This document shows, in pieces, positions 26,840 through 38,359 of a stretch of 64,000 nt of DNA. Within the stretch, counting starts at the first letter, position 1, and every line of letters starts with the position of its first letter. The position numbers and the translations under genes were made by a program. The notes under the pieces are model-generated. The model worked only from the letters and a program-made list of their open reading frames with translations, was not told where the DNA came from and did no database searches. This stretch comes from Octopus sinensis (Eukaryota): assembly GCF_006345805.1 (NCBI RefSeq), contig NC_043023.1:434001-498000 (forward strand), given 5' to 3'.

Positions 26840-26888
26840 CTTAATACTGACATCAGTTTCCGCAATTTCCATTGCCTCATCAGTTAAG
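26840..26888 (-). ncRNA. Type I hammerhead ribozyme, near-canonical
   Basis: Minus strand: cuuaa CUGAUGA g GCAAU GGAA AUUGC g GAAA CUGA ug UCAG UA uuaag. GUA site; only the 10.1-11.1 pair is G-G instead of G-C. Confidence 0.75.
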
Positions 26889-27211
26889 ACCGCTTGCTTG
26901 TTCGGCTCTTTCCGGAATTGCTTCGCCATTAGTCAACACGCATGAATGAAAACATATACATACGCTTTCATATCTATGTTTTTATTCATGTGCGTTGACT
27001 ACAGCATTAGAGCAGTTTAGCTCTTATTTCTAGCAATGTAGGTCTTTCTTAACACCTTCGAAAAAAAGTTCGTTTTCTATGTTTTCGTTTCTCATTGTGT
27101 TCAATGTGTTTTTGATGTCCTGTACCCATATATGCATGTATTTATACATATATATGAAGGTATGTATATATATGTATGTATATATGCATATATATACATA
27201 TATATATATAT

Positions 27212-27334
27212 ATTTATTTTATAGAAGGAGCTTCTACAGGACTAGAACTGTTTCATCAAAAGAAATCATCGTCCTGATGATTTCTTTTGAATGAAACAGT
27301 TCTAGTCCTGTAGAAGCTCCTCTATAAAATAAAT
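27212..27334. repeat. Near-perfect hairpin with hammerhead-like core and AATAAA
   Basis: Arms of ~58 bp; CTGATGA 27274-27280, GAAAC 27293-27297, AATAAA 27328-27333. Confidence 0.85.
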
Positions 27335-27398
27335 TAATTTACTCTGCTATGTATGAGTACCTTATTTACTGTGGTTAACCCCGACTCAACCCGGGACC

Positions 27399-27437
<39 letters not shown>

Positions 27438-27441
27438 ATAA

Positions 27442-27473
<32 letters not shown>

Positions 27474-27544
27474 TAATTTGAGGGAATATTATTCCAAAAG
27501 TCAATTTAGAAATACTAAATAAAATTTCACAAAATATAATATAT

Positions 27545-27703
27545 ATATAAATTAGAAAAAAACCCATATTGTATCAATTCAAATGAAAAATTAATTACAC
27601 CATCTAGAAAATTACATATTATAGATTATATGTAATTTTCTAGATGGTGTAATTTAATTTTTCATTTTGAATTGATACAAGATGGTTTTTTTCTAATTTA
27701 TAC
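27545..27703. repeat. AT-rich hairpin
   Basis: 'aattagaaaaa...catctagaaaattacata' / 'tatgtaattttctagatgg...ttttctaattta'. Confidence 0.85.
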
Positions 27704-27984
27704 ATATATTAGCGACGGAAGCAGTATTAATATGAGAAGTTAATCTTTATATCCCACATAACATGAATGTCTAGTCAGAGCACCGAAAACTGCGTTATTA
27801 GCATTGAAAGACCTTCTTCTTATATAGGCACTTAGTGTATAATATGTGTGCCTTTATGCACCAAGCGCCTATATGAGATGGTCTCTGAAGGCTAATAACG
27901 TAGTATTCGGTGTTCGAGCAAGATGTCCGCTAGATATAAAGCTTACCTTTATCTTTTACCTGTTTTAATCATACGACTGAGGTG

Positions 27985-29447
27985 GAAAACACGAACAGCA
28001 AACCAGCACTGTTACCCACACCGCCATCAATACCACAGATGAAACAGCTTCACCAACCAACCAACCAACCAACCAAATCAACCGGCCCAACCAATCAACA
28101 CGCCAAATAGCAGAAGCAACACCATCACCACCACCACCAACAACAGCTACAGAAAAGAAGAAAAGGACTAACCCCTCATCCCCAACGACCTATACATCAC
28201 ATCCCAACAGCCACCAACCAACACTAACAACAGCAACATTACCACACTCACAAATTGATCTCAATACCCTTCCCCTCCCATATTCTGATTCCTCTGATGA
28301 AGGTGACACGGTAGAATGGCAAATGGGTTATACCGTGGTTGATGATGTGCAGACATGCGGTGAGATCGCGACATATCTGGCGTTTCATAGACGACGGTGA
28401 ACAGGTGTGGTCGCCGTTTGTGAGTTGCGCTTTCCCGCAGCTCGTCTCATTGATCAAACTGCAATCATGGATCAAGCAGAGACCGAGGCTGGGCGAATGG
28501 TGCCGCGAGTGTCGCCATGCTCACGATCAGCTCTTCCAGCCGGCTTCAAACTTGTGCGCTTTCAATTCCACAAACGCGTTCTATAGAGGATTAGTGGAGT
28601 GGGGTGCGAGGACGTTCTTGGGGAAACTCTGGACATCGACGGGGAATACCTGACCTGCCTCTTCAGGACCACTTTCGGGCAAGGACCTATGGACAACTTC
28701 CAGAGATCCCTGGCCTGGAGCAATGCTATCGGGAATCATTGACCGTTCGACATAAGGTCTACAGAAAAACCGGACCGATCTGCCCAACGAAACCGTTCCG
28801 CACGCGCTCATGCAATGTCCAAATTTTTTAGACCTGTGTGTCGATGTTGAACGGCTACTGTTACGTGTGAGACGAGTCCGGTTGTCAGCCGAATCTATCG
28901 TAAATACTACTTCGTCACCTTCCTTTAACCGGGAAGGCAAGGCAGCTTTCATCGTACTGGTGGCTTTGGTGAAAGAATGTGTATGGTGGACACATTTGAA
29001 AGGTTTAGAGACAAATACTTTCCTCTCTGGCCAACCTCTCACCAACTTTTTCAAGTATTACTTGAAAAGGAAGGTAAGAGTAGAGAGGGAAGTTTTGTCT
29101 AATGAATAATTTAATAAAAGGTGGGTGAATTTTGCAAAGATGGTACGCATGAATGACAATCACTTTGTGCATGAAATTATAAAACAAAACGAGAGAGGGC
29201 ACTTTGCTTTCATATTGTTTTCCGTTTTTTCGAGGTTACCGTGGATTTTTTTCGTAGGATTTTCTCTCCACGGATAGCTCTAGTCAGTGTTATTTTCCTT
29301 TTGGGAATTTAAATTGTTAAAAACGAATCTTTGTTATCTACTTGTGTACACGCACTAAAACGTCTTTCGATCCCTGTCGATCGGTTGCGAAAAGAAAAAT
29401 TCTACATTGTATTGTCCCCTCTGTGTTCGGCCCTGCATAGCTAACTG
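27985..29447 (+). mobile_element. Tx1/L1-clade LINE remnant: ORF2 C-terminus with decayed zinc-binding region plus 3' UTR, preceded by a probable ORF1-tail remnant
   Basis: Frameshifted 'PWLMMCRHAVRSRHIWRFIDDGEQVWSPFV...FYRGLVE...FGQGPMDNFQRSLAW...ETVPHALMQCP...VALVKECVWWTHLKG...KRKVRVEREVL...RWVNF'; stop at 29180-29182; 3' end abuts (ATCT)n. No EN or RT present. Confidence 0.75.
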
Positions 29448-29452
29448 AAGAA

Positions 29453-29510
<58 letters not shown>

Positions 29511-30282
29511 TTACTACAATAAAGAAATACATGTAATGACCATTATTTGTACTTCGTCTGTATATCACTCCGTGTAAAGAAAAAAGAAAACAAGAAACAA
29601 CAGAGTAATCGGGAACAGAACCATGGATTTAGAATACAGAATGGCGATGAACTAAAACCTGGGACCCCACCACGAGAATCCTTGGAGTTCTTTACCAACC
29701 TAAACGATATTGTTGGCCTGGTTTACTAACAGAGAGCTTCTAAAGTATTTTACCAGGATTGATAATCCATCACTAATAACAAATCCCCGCCCTCTATGAC
29801 TGTCTGTCTCTTTCCTTGTATATATATATATAAACTTAGATAAACTTAGATATGTTTCGATCAAAGATTGGTCCAGGCCAGGTCTAACTTAATAGCACGA
29901 CCTGATAATATAGCTACCATATATATATATACACACACACATACATATATCTGTGTCTGTGTGTGTGTAACTGTGTGCGTGTGTGTGTGTGTGTGTGTTG
30001 TGTGTGAGTGTCTGTGTGTGTGTAAGTAAACAGACTTGCAAGTGTTTGGTTTGTTCGAAATTACATTTTGTAAATAGACAAGTAAATAAATAAATAAATA
30101 AATAAACAAATAAATAAAAAAATAAATAATTGAAATCTTGGAGTAAATAATGGCATTATCACACACACACACAACCACACATATATACGCACATACACAT
30201 ATTACACATATATGTACATAGGTATAATGATGTATGCATACACACCAACACACACATCTATGTCAAACATATGTATCATTTA

Positions 30283-30296
30283 GTTACCATGGTAAC
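30283..30296. promoter_or_regulatory. Perfect palindromic RFX X-box motif GTTACCATGGTAAC
   Basis: Exact match to the GTTRCC-AT-GGYAAC consensus in a non-repetitive island; function unverified. Confidence 0.35.
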
Positions 30297-30402
30297 AGAT
30301 CACTTCTGCCAGCGTGATGATGGCCACCTATAATAAAAACAATTATTATTGGTTCCATCAACAACAAAACAAACAACAATAACTACTCTACTACTACTAC
30401 TA

Positions 30403-30439
<37 letters not shown>

Positions 30440-30679
30440 TCATCAACAACAACATTAATAATAACAACGGCAACAATAATGGCGTTTGCTTTTAGTCCTT
30501 AGTACCTTGGGTTTGTGTGCGCTTTACACACACAAACACGCATACATACACACACTCACATATACACACACTCACATACTCACACACATACACACACAGA
30601 CACACATATTGGTAGAAATATCGATAGACAAATAGATAGATATCTAGATGCATAAAGATGGATGGATTGATAGAGTATT

Positions 30680-30713
<34 letters not shown>

Positions 30714-30793
30714 ATATATTATAGATAGATATATAACATAGATTATATATATGTATATATATATATAATATATGATATATATATATATATTAG

Positions 30794-30827
<34 letters not shown>

Positions 30828-30967
30828 GGATGTATAATAGTATATATACGTATATATATATATATACATACACACTTATATATATATACACATATATACA
30901 CATACACACATATATATAACATATATATACTATAACATGCATACATACATACATATATATATATATA

Positions 30968-31011
<44 letters not shown>

Positions 31012-31179
31012 AATGTAGAGCGAGAGGGAGAGAAAGAAAGACAGGTAGCTAGATTAATAGGTAAATAGATTGATAAATACATAGACAACAGACAGACAGA
31101 CTGACAGGTAGATGGATAGACATGTATCTGTGTTTTTTTGTGTTCTTTTTCCTTTGTTTTTGGCTTCTATAATTTTGAA

Positions 31180-32950
31180 ATATGGTTGACGGAACTGATA
31201 ACAGTAGGTGATTGGTTGGGCGGTCGATGGTGGTGGTGGTGGTGGTGGTGTTTGGTATTGGATGGCGGTGGCTTGGTTGCTATGATAGTGTTGGTGGTGA
31301 ATCTGTCGTAAGTGGTGCTGGAAATGGAGTGGTGGTGGTGGTGGTGGTGGTGATTGTGGAGGTAATGGTTGCTTGTACTGTTGTTGTTTGTGGTAGTGGT
31401 CATGATGATGGTGCTTGTGGTGATGCTGATGGTGGGGGTGGATGTGGTGATGGTCGTAGTGGTGCTAGTAGTGGCGGTGGATGTTGTAATAGTGGTGGCG
31501 GTGATGATGGTGGTAGTGTTGGTGGTGGTGGTGACAATGATGTTGATGGTAATGATGGTGAGTATAGTGGTGATGGTGGTAGTGGTGGTGGTGGTGGTGG
31601 TGGTGGTGGTGACAATGATGTTGATGGTAATGATGGTGAGTATAGTGGTGATGGTGGTAGTGGTGGTGGTGGTGGTGGTGGTGGTGGTGACAATGATGTT
31701 GATGGTAATGATGGTGAGTATAGTGGTGATGGTGGTAGTGGTGGTGGTGGTGGTGGTGGTGGTGGTGACAATGATGTTGATGGTAATGATGGTGAGTATA
31801 GTGGTGATGGTGGTAGTGGTGGTGGTGGTGGTGGTGGTGGTTTGACAATGATGTTGATGGTAATGATGGTGAGTATAGTGGTGATGGTGGTAGTGGTGGT
31901 GGTGGTGGTGGGGTGGTGGTGACAATGATGTTGATGGTAATGATGGTGAGTATAGTGGTGATGGTGGTAGTGGTGGAAGTGGTGGTGTTGTTGGTGGTGA
32001 TGATGATGATAGTGGATGTGGTAATGGTAATTGCGGTTCTGATGGTAGGGAGAGTGATGACGGTGTGTTGTAGTAATTGATGGTACATCCGGTGGTGGTT
32101 GTGGTGGTCCTTGATATTGATGGATGAATAGATAGATATATTGTAGTGGTAGTAGTAACAGTTGGTTATAATGTTGTTGGTGGTATGTTGGTGGTAGCTG
32201 TTTTGGTTGTGGTGGCGCTGCGGTTGTTGTTGTTGTTGCTGATATTTATATTCGTGGTAGTGGTGTTGACGGCGGTGTCGTTGTTGGCGATCCTGGTTGG
32301 TTGTAGTTGTTGTTGTTGTTGGTGGTGATGGCCATATTTGTGTTGTCGTTGGTGGTGAAGTTGATGCAGGCGGTTATGGGGATGGAGATGGTGATGGTAC
32401 TGTTCTTCATGATGTTGGTGTTGTTGTTGGTTATGATGGTGGTAGCGGTGATAGTGGTCGTGGTAGTGATGGCGGTGGTGGTGGTGGTGGTGTAGGTGGT
32501 GGTGATAATGGTGGTGATGGTGCTGGTAGTAGTGATGGTGGAGATGACAAAGGTGGTGATTGTGGTGGCGATGGTGGTGGTGGTGGTGGTGGTGGTGATA
32601 TCGGTGCTGGTGGTGATAATAGTGGTGATGGTGGTTGTGGTAGTGGTGGTGGTTGTGTTAGTGGTGGTGGTTGTGGTAGTGGTGGTGGTGGTGATAATAG
32701 TGGTGGAAATGGTGGTGCTGGTATTGTGGCAGTGTTGATGGTTGTGATGATGGTGATGGTGGTGGTGATGGTGGTAGTAGTGGTGGCAGGTAATGTTAGT
32801 GGTGATGGCAGTGATGGTGGTGATGATGATATTGATGCTGTTAATTCCAGAGGTGATGGTTGTGTCGTTGGTGATAATGGTTGCTTGTTGTGAGTGGCGG
32901 TGGTGGGGCTGGTGGTCGTGGTGGTGTGGGTGGTGGTGGTGGTGATGGTA
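31180..32950. repeat. (GGT)n-derived low-complexity tract containing a 78-bp minisatellite (31533-31975, 6 units)
   Basis: Unit starts 'gacaatgatgttgatggtaatgatggtgagtatagt' at 31533, 31611, 31689, 31767, 31844 and 31921. Confidence 0.95.
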
Positions 32951-33121
32951 TCGTTTTCCCTCATCAATCATTTGATTCATTTACATTGATTTGCGGTGTG
33001 TTACATGACACCCCACAACCGTATCACACATACGCACACACATACATACAAACATACATACATACACACACACATACGCACGCACATACACAAGCACATA
33101 CGTGCACACATACATACACAC

Positions 33122-33157
<36 letters not shown>

Positions 33158-33485
33158 GTGTGTATATATATATATATACAATATACGCAAATATGTTGAC
33201 ATACACACATTCACATACGTATACACCATACACAGTTCATATACACACACACACACACACACACAGAGGCACGCACGCACGTACACACACATACATTCAT
33301 ACATACACAGGTTTACACACGCGTTCGTGCACGTAGATACGCACCGGCGCACACATGCACACAGACTGATCCACGCACTCTTATACACATATACGTAAAC
33401 AGCTATAAGCACGCATACACATACACACACGTAAGGTATACCTCTTAGTAATGTACACATATGAAGGCACTACCGAAATAGCAAG

Positions 33486-33640
33486 CATGGTGTAGCAGTC
33501 ATGATTTTAAGGGCTTGGGTTCGAATCCCGGCCTGGGCAATGCACTGCGTCCTTGAACAAGATCCTCCACTTTTTGTTGTTTCAGTCCACTCGATTGAAA
33601 TTAGGGGTGGGATGAAATTGTGAAAGATTCGTATTCCGTT
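33486..33640 (+). mobile_element. Degenerate SINE D-like head
   Basis: B-box 'ggttcgaatcccgg' followed by 'gtccttgaacaag...cagtccactc'. Confidence 0.55.
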
Positions 33641-33940
33641 CAGAAGGCGGGGTCGTGTATCGGCAGTCATACTCATTTAATGCCCCAGAATCCGTTAATG
33701 AGTGCACGGCGAGTTTCCATTCTTGTGCCACAAATTACAAAATTTTCATGATCTCGTTATGAGAAAATAAGAAGATAAAGGAATAACCAATTATCCTATG
33801 CACTTCCTGAACTTACAACTGTTTCTGCTATAAAACGCGGTTGACTCATAGTTGAGTGCCTGTGTAACACCTTATAGCTTCATCAGAGCCTTGAATATGA
33901 ACTGCAGTTTGGGAAAAGAATTACATTGATACATATTTTT

Positions 33941-34329
33941 TTCTCTTTTACTTGTTTCAGTCATTTGACTGCGGCCATGCTGGAGCACCGCCTTTAGTCG
34001 AGCAACTCGACCCCGAGACTTATTCTTTTGTAAGCTCAGTACTTATTCTATCGGTCTCTTTTGCCAAACCGCTAAGAAACGGGGACGTAAACACACCAGC
34101 ATCGGTTGTCAAGCAATGCTAGGGGGACAAAAACAGACACATACACACACACACGCACACATATATATACATATATACGATGGGTTTCTTTCAGTTTCCG
34201 TCTACCAAATCCACTCACAAGGCTTTGGTCGGCCCGAGGCTATAGTAGAAGACACTTGCCCAAGGTGCCACGCAGTGGGACTGAACCCGGAACCATGTGG
34301 CTGGTAAACAAGCTACTTACCACACAGCC
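33941..34329 (-). mobile_element. SINE family A, full length, well preserved
   Basis: Close reverse-complement match to 8893-9290. Confidence 0.92.
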
Positions 34330-34469
34330 AAGGTGTTACTCAAGCACTCAACTATTATAAGTCCACTACATCTCAGAGCAGAAACAGCTGTAAGCTAATG
34401 AAGTCCATAAGGCGAGCATTTATTCCTTTGTCACCTCCGTCTTCTTATTGGACTTTCCTCTATCTCCTG

Positions 34470-34503
34470 TTTCTGAAGAAGAGCTTTGCTCGAAACGTCA
34501 AAA
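34470..34503 (+). ncRNA. Minimal type I hammerhead-like motif (Penelope pLTR type)
   Basis: uuu CUGAAGA a GAGC uuu GCUC GAAA C GUC aaa; palindromic ACGU helix III and a weak 3-bp helix I. Confidence 0.6.
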
Positions 34504-34652
34504 TCACGTTTTTTCCTTCCCTGAGTGTCTGCTAATACTTTATATGTACCACGTCCTCGCATGGTTGTTTTTTGTGTTTGTTCTTCGTTTATTTTTTGGG
34601 GGGGGGGATGTACTGTATGTACACACGCGCGCGCCCACACGAACACGCATGC

Positions 34653-35745
34653 GCAAGGGTCGCCTGAAAAGTTCATAGGCTGACCAAAACACTCTCATGG
34701 AATATGACTCACTTCTTCCATCAGCGTGACAGTGCTTGGATCATATTGGTGAAGAAGAGTCATTAACAGAAGATATGAGGCCATCCTCACTGCGATGCTG
34801 GTTCTCAGTCAAGTGTTTTTCCATGTTGGGAAATAGATGATAGTCAGATGCGACCACTTCAGCAGAATAAGGAGGTTGAGTTCAAAGCCTCAGTCACGCA
34901 CAGCAGCCTTTAAAACCAAGGACTTGTGCGCCTAGCATTGTCCTGATAAAACGAGTCTCCTTTCGACATCCTTTCGTAACTGCCTCTACAAGTTGGCATA
35001 GTACTCTCCATTGATGGTGTGGCACTTTGGAAGATGGTGAATAAACACAACGCCTTTTGCCTTCCAAAAAGCTGAAGCCATTACCTTCCCTGCAGAAGAA
35101 ATGACCTTGTCCTTCTTTGGAGCAGGTGAGGAAGAGTGTTCTCATTGCAGGGTTTGTCTCTTTGTCCTTGACTCAAAGGGATGAAACCAACACTCATTCT
35201 GGGCTAGAGAGCGTTCAAGGAAACCAGCTGGATCAGCCTGAAACAATATCAGATCTTTCCGTGATGTTATCAGCCTGGTACGCTTTTGATCAGGTGTTAG
35301 AAGACTTGGCACCCACCGAACAGAATACTTTGTGCTGTCCAGTTCATTCTGCAGAATATTCTCAACTCTCTCCTAATAGAATTGGCTATTTGACACATAA
35401 CCAATTGCCTGTTATCCAACAATATGGGGTGAACTCAATCAATGTTTTCCTCGGTGGTGGCAGTTGCAGGACTTCCAGACCTTGGGTCATCTTCAAGACT
35501 CATCTTTCCTTTCCTAAATTCAGCTGCTCACTTTTGCACTGCTGATAAAGCTTGAGCATCATTCCTTAATGCAGCAACCATGTCAGCTTGAATATCCTCG
35601 TAAACTCTTTTCCTGTAGTCATTTTATAACACCACGATGCGGAAGTTTGTCCATTTTCAAGACAAGTTGCAACTGGTTATTTTTGAAGTGTTCCGTGAAC
35701 AATCAGATGTCAGTTAACCAGGAATGAAAGAACGCAGTTATTGGT
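34653..35745 (-). mobile_element. Decayed mariner (DD34D-type) transposon
   Basis: Minus-strand fragments 'RWVPSLLTPDQKR', 'AGKVMASAFW', 'YQDNAR', 'PYSAEVVASDYHLFPN'; TIR-like 'aagggtcgcctgaaaagttc' at 34655; multiple frameshifts. Confidence 0.88.
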
Positions 35746-35756
35746 TTCAAATTTTT

Positions 35757-36170
35757 TTCTTTACTACCCACCAGGGGCTAAACACAGATGGGACAAACAA
35801 GGACAGACAAAGGGATTAAGTCGATTATATCGACCCCAGAGCGTACTAGGTACTTAATTTATCCACCTCGAAAGGATGAAAGGCAAAGTCGACCTCGGCG
35901 GAATTTGAACTCAGAACGTAGCGGCAGACGAAATACTTATTTCTTTACTACCAACAAGGAGCTAAACACAGAGAGGACAAACAAGGACAGACAAACGGAT
36001 TAAGTCGATTACATCGACCTCAGTGCGTAACTGGTACTTTATTTATCGACCCTGAAAGGATGAAAGGCAAAGTCGACCTCGGCGGAATTTGAGCCCAGAA
36101 CGTAGCGGCAGACGAAATACGGCTAAGCATTTCGCCCGGCGTGCTAACGATTCTGCCAGTTCGCCGCCTT
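35757..36170 (-). mobile_element. SINE B tandem dimer
   Basis: Two consecutive B bodies; head ends 'ttcgccgcctt'. Confidence 0.92.
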
Positions 36171-36561
36171 AAGCAATGAAGTCATGAATAAGAAGGGTTG
36201 AAATTAATGCAAGGAAGATTTCACAGCTCTAGCATCACTCCTTCACAGTCAGCCTAAGAACTTTTCAGCTGACCTTCGTAACCGAATCCTCGTTGTCGAG
36301 CGACAGAAATCCGCCATCGCATTGTAGATATATTGTGTTTGCAGATAAATTTAGTTTATAGCATGAGAGACACCGGTGTTATTTATCTAAATGACGAGAT
36401 GTCAAACACGATATTAGGCACGTTGGGAATATTGTAACAGACAGAGTTGGAGGTTTTAGTGTTGGGGATGCTTTAGATGGTTTAGATGTCAATATTTAAT
36501 GGTAATGGAATTATGAGAGAATAGCGATACGTAGGTAGGCAGGAAGGTAAGTAGGTAGGTA

Positions 36562-36642
<81 letters not shown>

Positions 36643-36713
36643 GTCTATCTATCTATCTATCTATATATTATATATATATATGTACGTGTATATATATATG
36701 TATATATATATAG

Positions 36714-36749
<36 letters not shown>

Positions 36750-36960
36750 AATATAATATATATATATATAATATTACATACATACATATATATATATACA
36801 TATATATATATATAAATATATATATACATACATATGTATATTATATACATATATATATATACATACATATATATATACATAACACACACACACACACACA
36901 CACACACAACATATATATATATATATATATAAATATATATATACATCTATATAATAGTAT

Positions 36961-37009
<49 letters not shown>

Positions 37010-37081
37010 TATTTGCGTGTGTGTGTGCATAGCAGTTATCTATGCACACACACTCACCCACACAGAAAGATAGACAACTAC

Positions 37082-37122
<41 letters not shown>

Positions 37123-37414
37123 CAGACAGACAAACAAGTAAAGAAACAGATAGATGGGAGGTTAGAAAGACAGGTAAATCCAGTGCGTGATAGACAGGCT
37201 AACGGGGATGAATATACGTACATAGACAGACAGGGAGACAACTAGATAAAAGGGTAGGTAGATAGATAACTAATTAAGTTAAATAAGTTACCTTAATACT
37301 TGTAGTCTGGGTAATTGTTGTTGAATTGGGTTGTAGACAGATTCTTTTTGTGTATTCGCTAACAGATCGACAACCACAGGCTTGGCTGTGTGGTAAGAAG
37401 CTTGTTTCCCCACG

Positions 37415-38110
37415 GCGCATGCGCGAGTTAGTGTAGTGTTTGGCACTCAAGCTGTCAAGACGTGCTTTTGAAGCCATCTTGAATTGAAAAATTTTGAAGC
37501 TCCGCTGTAAAGTAAGATTCTTGCTTTTTGGGTCTAGTGGGGGTTTTGTTTGCGGCAATAGTTTTTTTTGTACAAGCAAGAAGTCCTCACTGGATTCTAA
37601 ATTCTGGTCTACCTGCAGTGGAGCGGATATTTTTTCTCGCTTAATTGTGAGAATTATTGTTTGGAGACGTATCCCGTTTCCAAGATAGTGGTTCACATTA
37701 AGTGAATATTTTTTCTCACTTAATTGTGAGAATTATTGCTTGGAGGTGAATCCCGCTTCCAAGATAGTGGTTCACATTAAGTGAATATTTATTCTCACTT
37801 ACTTGTGAGAATTGTTGCTTGGAGGCGTATCGTGCTTACTAAAAATGTTTTCACTTTTTGCGAATTTTAAAAATAATTGTGAGAATTGCTGTTTTGGGGG
37901 AGTGTCATTGCCTCCGAAGATTGAACGACTTGTTTGCCGGTTTTTGTGGAAGTTGTGATCCAGTTGTGGCGCTCCGGGTTCAACCTTGGCCGGGAGTACC
38001 TAGTCGCCGGAAGACTTTTTTTGCTGTGTTTTTGAACTATAGACTTTCTTTCTTCGTAAATCGTTTTCCTTTTCTTCTTTCCATTTTATTGTGACTTTTT
38101 AAGTCTTATT
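37415..38110 (+). mobile_element. Probable retroelement 5' UTR/promoter fragment with 79-bp tandem monomers
   Basis: Starts at GCGCATGCGC directly after a truncated SINE A head; GCCATCTT motif; monomers at 37627, 37706 and 37785; no convincing ORF. Confidence 0.45.
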
Positions 38111-38359
38111 TTGAACTATTTTCGGCAGACGAAATACGGCTACGCATTTCACCGGCGAGCTTAACGATTCCGCTAGCTCGCCGCCTTGAGGATTTCAATT
38201 ATTGCAACGAGTAAATGCTTAACATCGAAAGTAACGGTAGATCGTTAACCAAGACGTTGCGTATCTATTTCTCTTAGACGGTGCGAAGTGAGTTGAAGGC
38301 CATTTCTAGCATGGGAAACAGCCACGGAGATGTTCCCTCGTTAATGCGGGTTTTCTTTT

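Noticed and set aside
29547-29729. 60-aa ORF downstream of the Tx1 remnant
   Set aside because: Non-ATG start, no motif and no splice support.
31167-32980. Gly-rich, His-rich and extensin-like ORFs resembling structural proteins
   Set aside because: Several frames on both strands are open because of the GGT/GAT repeat; no signal peptide or splice context.
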